Below are positions 37,234 through 46,728 of a stretch of 52,953 nt of DNA, in pieces. Positions within the stretch are counted from its first letter, which is position 1, and each line of letters starts with the position of its first letter. The position numbers were made by a program, and so were the translations under genes. The stretch comes from a virus (taxonomy: Duplodnaviria; Caudoviricetes). Under the pieces are notes generated by a model, which saw only the letters and a list, made by a program, of their open reading frames with translations, was not told the DNA's origin and made no database searches. The stretch spans positions 1 through 52,953 of the IMG/VR virus record IMGVR_UViG_3300043436_004091; one strand, 5' to 3'.

Positions 37234-37868
37234 AAATTTTTACATTTTACAGTGACTCTCATAAGCATTTATTGGATCTTTTTTTGAAATCTTTTTTTAA
37301 AAATTGCAGTTTGGATTTAACTATTAAAAAAATAGATCAAAAATGTTCTGGAGACTACCATTCAAATGGATGGAAAGAAGCAATGGTTAGTAAAATACAA
37401 TATATTGTTTACAGTCTAAAGCAATGTGGCGAAGGAGAAATTATGATCCATTCTGATTGCGACATATTAATATGCAATAACATAGATAGCTACATTGAAG
37501 AGTCTTTATCGAATAAAGATATAGTATTCCAATGGGATTCATCTGGAGTTTGCATGGGATTTTTTGCGTGTGTAAAAAACGATTTAACAGTAAAGTTTTT
37601 TGATGAATTATTATTTAATCTTCATTTGCATAAAGACGATCAATATTGCGCAAATCACTTGCTATCAATAGATGAGTTTAAAAATCTTAAATGGGATTTA
37701 TTTGATCATAAATGTTTCACTGTTGGGATGTTGAATATTATGTATAATGAAGATATCGAAATTAGCATCCCAAAAGACTTAAATATTTTCCATGCTAACT
37801 TTTCTCCTAATTTAAATTTAAAAACTCAATTAATGCAAAAAGTATTTGACTTTTTAAATTATCAATAA
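37230..37868 (+). CDS. Nucleotide-diphospho-sugar transferase (GT77-like)
   Basis: HSDCD DxD motif, CMGFF, DDQ, FHANF. Confidence 0.75.
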   Translation: MKIFTFYSDSHKHLLDLFLKSFFKNCSLDLTIKKIDQKCSGDYHSNGWKEAMVSKIQYIVYSLKQCGEGEIMIHSDCDILICNNIDSYIEESLSNKDIVFQWDSSGVCMGFFACVKNDLTVKFFDELLFNLHLHKDDQYCANHLLSIDEFKNLKWDLFDHKCFTVGMLNIMYNEDIEISIPKDLNIFHANFSPNLNLKTQLMQKVFDFLNYQ

Positions 37869-37874
37869 TACTAT
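37846..37874 (+). promoter_or_regulatory. Sigma70-type promoter, leaderless geometry
   Basis: TTGACT-17 nt-TACTAT, 6 nt before ATG 37881. Confidence 0.6.
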
Positions 37875-37880
37875 AAAAAT

Positions 37881-38759
37881 ATGATTTATTCTTATTTCGA
37901 AGATATTTTTCCATATGATAAATTTCCTGTTGAATATTCTTGTTTTCAACAACTTAAAAATGAAGAAAATATCAACTACATCGCAATTCCTTGGACGCAG
38001 ATATTAAATTCTAATTGGTTAGATTTTCCAAATAAGAAGCCAATGCAATACTATATTAATGAAATTTCAAAATTGAATATAGAACAGGAAAATAATTTTA
38101 CTGTCTGTCAGCATGATGACTATATGATGCTCATCGATGTCTTTAAGCACTTGCGCATTAACACTGTATTCTCTCCATTGCATGATAAAAATAATATTGC
38201 TACTGATGGAATAAACATTATTCCTATAGCATTTACTTGCAGTTTTATTTTTGATAATTTAAGAAATAAAGATATACCTATTTCTTTTGTTGGCGCTTAT
38301 ACTTCTCATCCTATTAGATCAAGAATGTCTAATAGAATTAATAATAAAAATATAATCTATAGAGATAGCTATCATATAGATTCTAATTCATTTTCTGTCG
38401 AAAATTACAAACAAAAAGAAGAAAAAGAATATCAAGATATCTTAGAAAGAAGCAGGTTTTCTCTATGTCCAAGAGGATCATCTCCATCTTCTGTAAGATT
38501 TTGGGAAAGCTTATCTGCTGGCGCTATACCCATTTTAATTTCAGATAATTGGGTTCTTCCTGATTGGGATTGGGACAATACTATTCTTATTATATCAGAA
38601 GATGATTTTGAAAATTTATCATATAATGAATTAATTGATATTATTGATAAAATTCCCCAAGAAAAGGAAGCTGCAATGAGAGAGGGTTGTTTAAAAGCTT
38701 ATCAAGAATTTAACCAAAATAATTTCAAAAATTACATAGAGAAATCAATAAACAGATGA
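37881..38759 (+). CDS. Exostosin-family (GT47) glycosyltransferase
   Basis: SRFSLCPRGSSPSSVRFWESLSAGAIPILISD. Confidence 0.85.
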   Translation: MIYSYFEDIFPYDKFPVEYSCFQQLKNEENINYIAIPWTQILNSNWLDFPNKKPMQYYINEISKLNIEQENNFTVCQHDDYMMLIDVFKHLRINTVFSPLHDKNNIATDGINIIPIAFTCSFIFDNLRNKDIPISFVGAYTSHPIRSRMSNRINNKNIIYRDSYHIDSNSFSVENYKQKEEKEYQDILERSRFSLCPRGSSPSSVRFWESLSAGAIPILISDNWVLPDWDWDNTILIISEDDFENLSYNELIDIIDKIPQEKEAAMREGCLKAYQEFNQNNFKNYIEKSINR

Positions 38760-39319
38760 AAACAATTTTAGACATAGGGTGCAATGATTTAGCAGGATTT
38801 GATTTTTTAAAAAATTTTGAAACTATAAACGAAGAAGATATAAAAATTTTTGTAGAAGCAAACCCAGAATGTTGGCTAGATTTAGAAGAAGATATTCAAT
38901 CTATAAAAAATTCTTTTTTAATTAAAAAGGGTCTTGATGTAGAAGTAAAAGATGCAGTCCTAATGACAAGAGCTGATGAAAATAAATGTATTGGTGCTAC
39001 TGTAATGGGAGAAGATTTCATGAATGATAGCTTGGGAAGGTGGAATATAAAAGTTAATGAATTTAATTATTACAATATACGCACAACTACAATACTGGAT
39101 ATCATTGAAGAATTTAAAATAAATACGGAAGAATGTATTTTAAAACTTGATGCTGAAGGTGTCGAGTATGGCGTATTAAATCAAATATTAGATAATGATA
39201 TAAACTTTAAGAAAATATATTGCGAATTTCATGTTCATAATCAAAATCATGAGTTGTCAAAACTAGATCTAATCAAAAGATTTAAAAATAAAAATCAAGA
39301 AATTATAGAATGGCACTAA
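38756..39319 (+). CDS. FkbM-family methyltransferase
   Basis: ILDIGCN, VEANP, LKLDAEGVEY, CEFH. Confidence 0.8.
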   Translation: MKTILDIGCNDLAGFDFLKNFETINEEDIKIFVEANPECWLDLEEDIQSIKNSFLIKKGLDVEVKDAVLMTRADENKCIGATVMGEDFMNDSLGRWNIKVNEFNYYNIRTTTILDIIEEFKINTEECILKLDAEGVEYGVLNQILDNDINFKKIYCEFHVHNQNHELSKLDLIKRFKNKNQEIIEWH

Positions 39320-40170
39320 AAAAAATTTTTCTTAATTCTGGTAATTTAAAAACTTACGGACCAAATCAATCATTTGGCAATCATTTATCTCATTTATTAT
39401 TTTGCTATAATTTCAGCAAAAAAAGAGGTTATAAATTGGTGATTGCTACAGAATCCAATTTAGATGAAGTTTTTGAATTGGAAAAATTTAAATGTTCAAA
39501 TCAATTAGAATTAATTAATTATTTTTCAGAATCTTTTAGTTATAACATTTTCGAGGCTTGCAAACTTGATGAAAGTAATTTAAAAACAAGCTTAGAAATT
39601 CTTAATAACAAGAATTTGAAAATTCCAGAAAATATATGTTTTTCTGGATGGTTTTATAATACACCTTTGTATTGTAAAACTTTTTTTGAAAAAGTTAAAA
39701 TAAGAAAAAATATTTTGGATTTCATAAATTGTAATCTTAGTCATATCATGGATCATGATTCTATATCATTACACTATAGAGGTTCAGATTTTAATGGTCA
39801 TTTAGGATACGATTTAAGATTGCCATTTGAATATTATGAAAAGTGCATCAAACACTTAAGTAAAAATCATAAAAATATAAAAAATATTTTTGTATTTTCA
39901 GATGATTCAAACAAAGCAAAAGAGTTAATTTCCTTTATTAAGGAAATAGATAATTCATATAATATCGAATTTTTGCATAATGAATATTATATTGATTGGG
40001 CTTGTTTACATTTATCACATAATATAGTATCATCTAATTCTTCATTTTGCTTAACTGCTTGTTTAAATAAAAAAATTATTTATCAGCCAGAAAAATATCA
40101 ATTAAGAAACACCACAATTGATGCTGTGTATCCATCTCAACCATTTTTTGAAAATTCTTATATATTATGA
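39310..40170 (+). CDS. GT11-like alpha-1,2-fucosyltransferase
   Basis: FGNHL, SLHYRGSDF, VFSDD, SNSSF. Confidence 0.75.
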   Translation: MALKKIFLNSGNLKTYGPNQSFGNHLSHLLFCYNFSKKRGYKLVIATESNLDEVFELEKFKCSNQLELINYFSESFSYNIFEACKLDESNLKTSLEILNNKNLKIPENICFSGWFYNTPLYCKTFFEKVKIRKNILDFINCNLSHIMDHDSISLHYRGSDFNGHLGYDLRLPFEYYEKCIKHLSKNHKNIKNIFVFSDDSNKAKELISFIKEIDNSYNIEFLHNEYYIDWACLHLSHNIVSSNSSFCLTACLNKKIIYQPEKYQLRNTTIDAVYPSQPFFENSYIL

Positions 40171-40847
40171 TAAATATAAATTATCAAGGAAGATTTGGAA
40201 ATAATCTTTTTCAGTATTTTACTGCATTAATATTATCTCAAAAATTCAATCAATCAATTAAAAATCCATTACTAAATAATATTTTTGAATTTCATTTCAG
40301 CGAAAATAAATATATTTATGAAGAGAGCTTAATAGTAAATGACGATAATATTTATAATTTACTTAATGAAGAAAACATAAATAATAATTTAATTTTAGAT
40401 GGATTTTTTCAAAATAGGAAAATACTAGAATTCCTAAAAGAAAACAAGCATTCATTTTTAAATGAAAATAAAAATCGAAAAGATACATTTGTGCATGTCA
40501 GACTTGGCGATATCTCTAATGATCAAGCAAGCTGTAATATAAATTATTATCGTAAAGCTTTAATAGGTTTAAACGGTGGATACATATCAAGCGATTCTCC
40601 TGATAGTGATATCGTAATACAGCTTATTAAGGAATTTAATTTAAAACTTTTTGAAAATTCTCCAGAAGAAACTATAATATTTGGATCTCAATTTGAAAAC
40701 AAAATATTATCATTGGGAACATTTAGCTGGTGGATTGGATTTTTGGGAAATCAAAACAATGTAATCTGCCCAGTTCAAAAAGAATATAGAGAATGGCATG
40801 GAGATATATTTCCATTCTTGAATTGGAGAGAAATATCAATAAATTAA
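40167..40847 (+). CDS. GT11-like alpha-1,2-fucosyltransferase
   Basis: GRFGNNLFQY, GFFQ, VHVRLGD, GTFSWW. Confidence 0.82.
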   Translation: MININYQGRFGNNLFQYFTALILSQKFNQSIKNPLLNNIFEFHFSENKYIYEESLIVNDDNIYNLLNEENINNNLILDGFFQNRKILEFLKENKHSFLNENKNRKDTFVHVRLGDISNDQASCNINYYRKALIGLNGGYISSDSPDSDIVIQLIKEFNLKLFENSPEETIIFGSQFENKILSLGTFSWWIGFLGNQNNVICPVQKEYREWHGDIFPFLNWREISIN

Positions 40848-40857
40848 AAAACATACT

Positions 40858-41487
40858 ATGTTCATATCGTTGAAGTATCTAAAAGAAAAATACAATTTAA
40901 ATTTAACAAATATTCTGCATGTCGGCGCTCATGAAGCTCAAGAATTAGATGATTATATTGAATGTGGAGCTAAGAAGATTCATTGGGTAGAGGCTAATAC
41001 AGAATTAGCTGCTAAACTAACTGATCGTTTAGATAAATCTATTCATAAAGTCACTAATGCCGTAGTATCTAACGAGGACAATAAAGAAGTTGTATTTAAA
41101 ATAGCCAATAATACTCAATCTTCATCTATTTTAGATTTAGGCGAACATTCAAATTTATTTCCAGATATTTATTATATTCATGAGGAAAAAAGATTAACTA
41201 AAACACTAAATTCTATCTTGACTGAAGAGCCATTTTTAGATAGAATTAATTTTTTAAATATAGATATTCAAGGTGCCGAATTATTAGCTCTAGAAGGTCT
41301 TTATAATCATTTAAATTTTATTGAATCTATTTATATAGAAATTAATGATTCTGAAGTTTATAAAAACTGTTCAAAAACAAATGAAATTGATAAATTTTTA
41401 AATAAATTTAATTTCGAAAGGAAAGAAAAATATCTATATTCAAATCATCCTTGGGGAGATGCATTTTACATAAAAAAATATGAATGA
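40858..41487 (+). CDS. FkbM-family methyltransferase
   Basis: ILHVGAH, VEAN, NIDIQGAELLALEG, WGDAFY. Confidence 0.88.
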   Translation: MFISLKYLKEKYNLNLTNILHVGAHEAQELDDYIECGAKKIHWVEANTELAAKLTDRLDKSIHKVTNAVVSNEDNKEVVFKIANNTQSSSILDLGEHSNLFPDIYYIHEEKRLTKTLNSILTEEPFLDRINFLNIDIQGAELLALEGLYNHLNFIESIYIEINDSEVYKNCSKTNEIDKFLNKFNFERKEKYLYSNHPWGDAFYIKKYE

Positions 41488-42151
41488 TTATTATAATATA
41501 TCTAAATTAAATAGATTAAAATTTAAATTTAAAAATTGCGAGCTTATTGAAAAAAATTACTCTCAGGCATATCAAGATATGTTTGTTTTGAGTATGTTAG
41601 ATGGCAAAAAAAATGGTTATTTTATTGAAATAGGAACTTTTCATCCTATTGAAATTAGCAATACGTTTTTATTAGAAAAAGAATTTGGTTGGAATGGATT
41701 ATCTATAGATATTAATAATATTAATGGATTTGAATCTCAAAGAAAATCTAAATTAGTTGTTCAAAATGCTTTGGAAATAGATTATGAAGAATTATTTGAA
41801 GAAAATAATATTCCAATTGATATAGATTATCTTCAAATAGATATTGAACCAGCCAATAACACATTATCCTGCCTTAAAAAAATACCGTTTGATAAATATA
41901 ATTTTTCTGTTATAACATATGAAACAGACTATCATAATTCTTCCGTGGAAATTAGAAACGAATCGCGTGAGTTTTTAAAATCTAATGGTTATGAACTCAT
42001 CGGAGGAGATATATGTAATGCGTATATACATCTTCCATTTGAAGATTGGTATGTAAAAAAAGATAAAATTGATGAAAAAATATTTAATACTTTTTTAAAT
42101 CCAGAATTTAACAATACGGCTGAAAAATTTATATTAAAAAATAATGAATAA
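41480..42151 (+). CDS. FkbM/Methyltransf_21-family methyltransferase
   Basis: YSQAYQD, FIEIG, SNTFLLE..GWNGLSID, IDYLQIDIE, EDWY. Confidence 0.85.
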   Translation: MNDYYNISKLNRLKFKFKNCELIEKNYSQAYQDMFVLSMLDGKKNGYFIEIGTFHPIEISNTFLLEKEFGWNGLSIDINNINGFESQRKSKLVVQNALEIDYEELFEENNIPIDIDYLQIDIEPANNTLSCLKKIPFDKYNFSVITYETDYHNSSVEIRNESREFLKSNGYELIGGDICNAYIHLPFEDWYVKKDKIDEKIFNTFLNPEFNNTAEKFILKNNE

Positions 42152-43334
42152 TCTTAAAGAAAAATACACAGGTAAAAAAATAGATCACATGGACATTTTA
42201 AATATCGAAGACGCAGCTAAGATCTCTATCGGCAAGAAGTCGATTATTGTAACTGGAGTAACAGGTCAAGATGGAAGTCACATGGTTGATTATTTATTAG
42301 CCAATACGGACTATGAAATTTTCGGATGCGTGCGAAGACTCAGCGTCTATAACCACAAGAATATTTCTCATATCAACAATAAAAGATTTCATTTAATTAA
42401 TTTTGACTTGATTGACAGTCATTCAATCGCTCGCATCATTGAAAAAATCAAACCAGATTATTTCATTAATTTGGCTGCGCAAAGCTTTGTCGGAAGCAGT
42501 TGGGATTTCGCTCATCAAACATGGGAAACAAACTCAACATCAACGCTTCATATTTTAGAAGCTATTCGTTTATATCACCCAATCTGTAGGTTTTATCAAG
42601 CTGGCTCCTCAGAAGAGTTTGGTGACGTTGCTTACGCTCCACAAGACGAGAATCACCCTCTTCGTCCAAGAAGTCCATATGGAGCTTCCAAGGCGGCTTC
42701 TAGACAGCTTGTAAAGGTATGGCGAGAGTCTTATGGACTTTATGCTGTGCAAGGTTGGTTGTTTAATCACGAAGGAACAAGACGCGGCGAAGAATTTGTT
42801 ACTAGAAAAATTACCAAAAACATCGCTAGAATAAAAAATGCAATCGACAGGCAAGAATCCTTTGCTCCTCTCGAATTAGGAAATTTAGATGCACTGAGAG
42901 ATTGGAGCGATGCAGAAGATTTCGTGGATGGAATTTGGAAAATGTTGAATCAGGAAAAGTATTGGCCTAGTGCTATTTCTAGCATTATCCCTCTTGGACA
43001 AGAGTATAGGGAAATTAAAGAATACGTTTTATCTTCTAATGAAACCCATTCTATTCGTGAATTTGTTGAATTAGCATTTGAAGCCGCTGGAATACAAGGA
43101 TCTTGGTTTGGTGAAGGTTTACAAGAAGAGTTCCGCCAAAATGAAACTGGCAGAGTTCTTTTGGTGATTAATTCCAAGTTTTATCGACCAGCAGAAGTCG
43201 AGCTTCTTCTCGGGGATTCTTCAAAAGCTAGACAAGAGCTTAACTGGAGTCCAAAAAGCTCATTCGAAGATCTAGTGCAAAAAATGCTTGCAAATGATTT
43301 GAATGAGTATAGACTTGAGCATGGCGAAGTCTAA
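42144..43334 (+). CDS. gmd: GDP-mannose 4,6-dehydratase
   Basis: GVTGQDG, YQAGSSEEFG, SPYGASK, LFNHEG.RRG.EFVTRKI, RPAEVELLLGD. Confidence 0.95.
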   Translation: MNNLKEKYTGKKIDHMDILNIEDAAKISIGKKSIIVTGVTGQDGSHMVDYLLANTDYEIFGCVRRLSVYNHKNISHINNKRFHLINFDLIDSHSIARIIEKIKPDYFINLAAQSFVGSSWDFAHQTWETNSTSTLHILEAIRLYHPICRFYQAGSSEEFGDVAYAPQDENHPLRPRSPYGASKAASRQLVKVWRESYGLYAVQGWLFNHEGTRRGEEFVTRKITKNIARIKNAIDRQESFAPLELGNLDALRDWSDAEDFVDGIWKMLNQEKYWPSAISSIIPLGQEYREIKEYVLSSNETHSIREFVELAFEAAGIQGSWFGEGLQEEFRQNETGRVLLVINSKFYRPAEVELLLGDSSKARQELNWSPKSSFEDLVQKMLANDLNEYRLEHGEV

Positions 43335-43665
43335 AATTAATAAAAAACATATACTTGCCCGACTTACGCTTGTTCCTGCACGGGACAAGCGTTTGTTTTA
43401 TATGCGCGAGATGAAGTTTTTAAATGATCTCTGCGAGAGGTATTCTCTTGAGTTCATGAACATCGTTTCTTTCGACAAGAAATTCGATTCGTTGGCATAT
43501 ATAGTGTGCGACAAACTAAAGGAAACAATGGATCAAAAGTTTAGAGCTTTTAATTATTGTATTGATCTTTCTAAGTATGAGGATTATCATCTAGGAGATA
43601 AGGTTGGTGAAGATTGTGAGCTTCCGAAAACAACCAAAACAATTAGAGATTTTTTGCATGAGTAA
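43321..43665 (+). CDS. Hypothetical protein
   Basis: ORF overlapping gmd end and recA start; start taken at MAKSK. Confidence 0.6.
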   Translation: MAKSKINKKHILARLTLVPARDKRLFYMREMKFLNDLCERYSLEFMNIVSFDKKFDSLAYIVCDKLKETMDQKFRAFNYCIDLSKYEDYHLGDKVGEDCELPKTTKTIRDFLHE

Positions 43666-44788
43666 AACCAAAGATAAAGAAGTACAGAAGTCGAGTGATA
43701 TTTTACATTCATTTTTAAAGCAGAACGTTGCAGATCATTATAATTTCGAAGAAGCGATTGATTATAAAGTCTCTAGCGGTTCTCTGCAATTAGACTTGCA
43801 TTTGGGAGGTGGTCTTGGACCAGGTTTACACAGATTTGTTGGAATGAATGAAGGAGGTAAAACAAGTGCTGCTCTTTCATTTATGAAGAACTTTTTGCAA
43901 AAAACTCCCAAAGCAAAAGGTTTTTATATCAAGGCTGAAGGTCGCCTCTCGCAAGAAATGCGAGATCGATCTGGAATCAAATTTGTCTTCACTGCTGAAG
44001 AGTGGCAAGAGGGAACTTGCTTTGTATTTGAAAGCAACATCTACGAAACTGTTGTAGATGTTATGCGCCAGCTTGTTTCAAAAAACGAAGAAGCTAATCT
44101 TTATTATTTCTTGCTTGATTCTGTAGACGGATTGATCACAAAAGGAGATCTCGACAAGAACTTCGAAGATTCCAATAAAGTTGCTGGTGGCGCTGTTATT
44201 GCGGCAAACTTCATGAAGAGACTATCTATTGGCTTGGCAAAGCGCGGCCATATCGCTGTGTTCATTAGTCAGGTTCGCGCTGACATCAAGCTAGATCCCT
44301 ATTCGAAAGCTCCGATTAGGCAGACATCCGCAACTGGCGGCAATGCACTGCTTCACTTTGCAAACTGGATTCTAGAATTTGAATCTAGAAACAAAGGAGA
44401 CATCATTCTCAAAAATCCTACAGAAAAGATTGACTTGATCAATAATCCTCCAGTTGGACACTTCGCCAAAGTAACTGTCAAGAAGTCTCCAAATGAAAAA
44501 ACAAATTTGACCATTCCATATCCAATCAAGTATGGAAGAACCAACGGAAACTCTATTTGGGTAGAAAAGGAAGTTGTTGATCTTTTGTTTCTTTGGGAAT
44601 TCTTAACCAAGAAAACTTCATGGATTTCTGCGACAGAAGAATTCGACGAGCTTCTTATGGAGAATGGGTTTGCTGCATTTGAAAAGATCCAAGGTCAAGA
44701 GGCTCTGTTCAACTTTATTGAATCCGATAAAAAACTGTGTGAGTTTCTGGTCAACTACTTCAAGAAAACAATTGCCAATGAAATTTAA
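43658..44788 (+). CDS. recA: RecA/UvsX-family recombinase
   Basis: SSGSLQLDLHLGGG, GMNEGGKT, LDSV, SQVR, GGNALLHFA. Confidence 0.9.
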   Translation: MSKTKDKEVQKSSDILHSFLKQNVADHYNFEEAIDYKVSSGSLQLDLHLGGGLGPGLHRFVGMNEGGKTSAALSFMKNFLQKTPKAKGFYIKAEGRLSQEMRDRSGIKFVFTAEEWQEGTCFVFESNIYETVVDVMRQLVSKNEEANLYYFLLDSVDGLITKGDLDKNFEDSNKVAGGAVIAANFMKRLSIGLAKRGHIAVFISQVRADIKLDPYSKAPIRQTSATGGNALLHFANWILEFESRNKGDIILKNPTEKIDLINNPPVGHFAKVTVKKSPNEKTNLTIPYPIKYGRTNGNSIWVEKEVVDLLFLWEFLTKKTSWISATEEFDELLMENGFAAFEKIQGQEALFNFIESDKKLCEFLVNYFKKTIANEI

Positions 44789-45185
44789 AACATTATCTGG
44801 TTCAACAGCTGAACTCAGAAATGCTAAAAAGTATTTAGTTGATTGGAACGGCAAAAGCAAAAGTAAATTCCAGTTGTCTGTAAGAGACTTCCTTTATCCG
44901 TATTGGAAGTCGGACATTGTTTTTGAAGAATTTAAATTGGTCGGCACTAGACTATCATTTGATTTGTACAATGCAAACAAAAAAATAGCTATTGAAGTTC
45001 AAGGCGCTCAGCATACTAAATACGTCAAGTTCTTTCATGGAAATAGAATGAAATATCTTGAGCAGTTGAAAAGAGACGATAAGAAATTTAGGTTCTGCGA
45101 AATTAATGACATTAATCTCGTCGAGATCTATCCAAACGATAAAATTTGCGAGGATCTTTTTGAATCATTTGGAGTGATTTTGTGA
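44778..45185 (+). CDS. Small PD-(D/E)XK endonuclease (DUF559/Vsr-like)
   Basis: FEEF...FDLY...IAIEVQGAQH...RDDKKFRFC. Confidence 0.75.
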   Translation: MKFKTLSGSTAELRNAKKYLVDWNGKSKSKFQLSVRDFLYPYWKSDIVFEEFKLVGTRLSFDLYNANKKIAIEVQGAQHTKYVKFFHGNRMKYLEQLKRDDKKFRFCEINDINLVEIYPNDKICEDLFESFGVIL

Positions 45186-45186
45186 G

Positions 45187-45214
45187 TTGACTTTTACATT
45201 TATACAGCAATAAT
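45187..45214 (+). promoter_or_regulatory. Sigma70-type promoter before helicase
   Basis: TTGACT-16 nt-AATAAT, 5 nt before ATG 45220. Confidence 0.45.
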
Positions 45215-45219
45215 TAGGC

Positions 45220-46728
45220 ATGATCTATAATCTTGAGCTTGAAAAACAGCTTCTAGCCGCTCTAATCAAAGAGCCAGAAAGCTATTCAGAAATTTCTAAT
45301 TTCATTAATTCCAAGGACTTTTACTCTGAGGATTCTAATCTACATAGTACTATTTTTACTATTATTAAGCAGTCGATTGATGCCAGCGAACAGCTTGATG
45401 AAGTCATCATCGCTCAACGCATCAATACTTTAGGACTGTCGTTCGAGGATCGAGTCAATCCATCTGATTATATTCGTTCGCTGGCTTTGAGAAAAGTTCC
45501 GAAGGGTAATCTTATCAAGACTTCTAGGGAACTCAAGAAATATACGATTCGTCGCGAGATCTTTGAATCCGCTCAAGAGATCGCCAAGAAGATGAAAAAT
45601 GTCTCTCCTGAGACTCCTTATTCGCAGATCATTGAACAAGCTGACAACGTATACAATTCTCGAATTAATCTTTACGAGATCGGCAATGATGTGCCTGAAA
45701 ACATTTACGAGGAAATGGAATCTCTCATCGAAGAGAGAGGTAACAATCCAATCAAAGAATTCGGGATGATGGGTCCGCATCCAAAAATCAATCAGATCTA
45801 TGGATCTCTTTTGAGGCCAGGTAATATTACAGTTGTTGTTGCTCGTTCTGGTGTTGGTAAAACTCAATGGTGCATGGATTACAGCACTAAAGTTGGCATC
45901 AAATATGGAGTTCCCGTGCTTCACTTCGACAATGGAGAAATGAGCAAGGAGGAACTTATTATGCGTCAGTGTGCTGCCATCACTGGAGTTCCCATGCATC
46001 TATTAGAAACTGGAGACTGGCGCAGGGCTGGTGAAGACGTAGTGAACAAAGTTCGTGAAGCTTGGCCAAAAATCAAGTCCATGAAATTTTATTATTATAA
46101 TGTCGGCGGCATGGATGTTGATTCTATGATCAAGACACTGAAAAGATTCTACTACGGTAAAGTTGGTCGAGGCAATCAAATGATCTTTTCGTTTGACTAC
46201 ATTAAAACCACATCAGAAGCATCTGGCGGCAAAAATGAATGGCAGATCGTTGGCGAGATGGTCGATAAGTTTAAGAAGTGTATTCAAAAAGAAATCCTTC
46301 ATGACGGTAATCCAGTTATTCCAATGATTACTTCCGTTCAGTCGAACAGAAGTGGTATTACAAACAATCGCCAATCTCAAAATATTATTGATGATGAAAG
46401 CATCGTCTCTCTGTCTGATAGAATCACTCAGTTCTGTTCTCACATGTTTATCTTGAGAAACAAGACAGCTGACGAAATTGAAACAGAAGGACGCAACTTT
46501 GGAACTCACAAATTCATCAATGTTAAAGCTCGTCACCTTGGCAAAGATATTGCTGGTGCTGTTGAACCAGTTCGTATTGGTGATACTTTGAGAAAGAATT
46601 TTATTAACCTTGAATTTAAAAACTTCTGCATCTCTGAAAGAGGCGATCTTAGAGATATCGCTTCTGTCGCAGAGGGACGCTTCGAATTAGACGAAAATGA
46701 CAACGACTCAATCCCAGACTTCGGTTGA
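45220..46728 (+). CDS. dnaB: Replicative DNA helicase
   Basis: LEKQLLAAL N-domain, ARSGVGKT, NGEM, FDYI, VQSNR, KAR. Confidence 0.92.
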   Translation: MIYNLELEKQLLAALIKEPESYSEISNFINSKDFYSEDSNLHSTIFTIIKQSIDASEQLDEVIIAQRINTLGLSFEDRVNPSDYIRSLALRKVPKGNLIKTSRELKKYTIRREIFESAQEIAKKMKNVSPETPYSQIIEQADNVYNSRINLYEIGNDVPENIYEEMESLIEERGNNPIKEFGMMGPHPKINQIYGSLLRPGNITVVVARSGVGKTQWCMDYSTKVGIKYGVPVLHFDNGEMSKEELIMRQCAAITGVPMHLLETGDWRRAGEDVVNKVREAWPKIKSMKFYYYNVGGMDVDSMIKTLKRFYYGKVGRGNQMIFSFDYIKTTSEASGGKNEWQIVGEMVDKFKKCIQKEILHDGNPVIPMITSVQSNRSGITNNRQSQNIIDDESIVSLSDRITQFCSHMFILRNKTADEIETEGRNFGTHKFINVKARHLGKDIAGAVEPVRIGDTLRKNFINLEFKNFCISERGDLRDIASVAEGRFELDENDNDSIPDFG

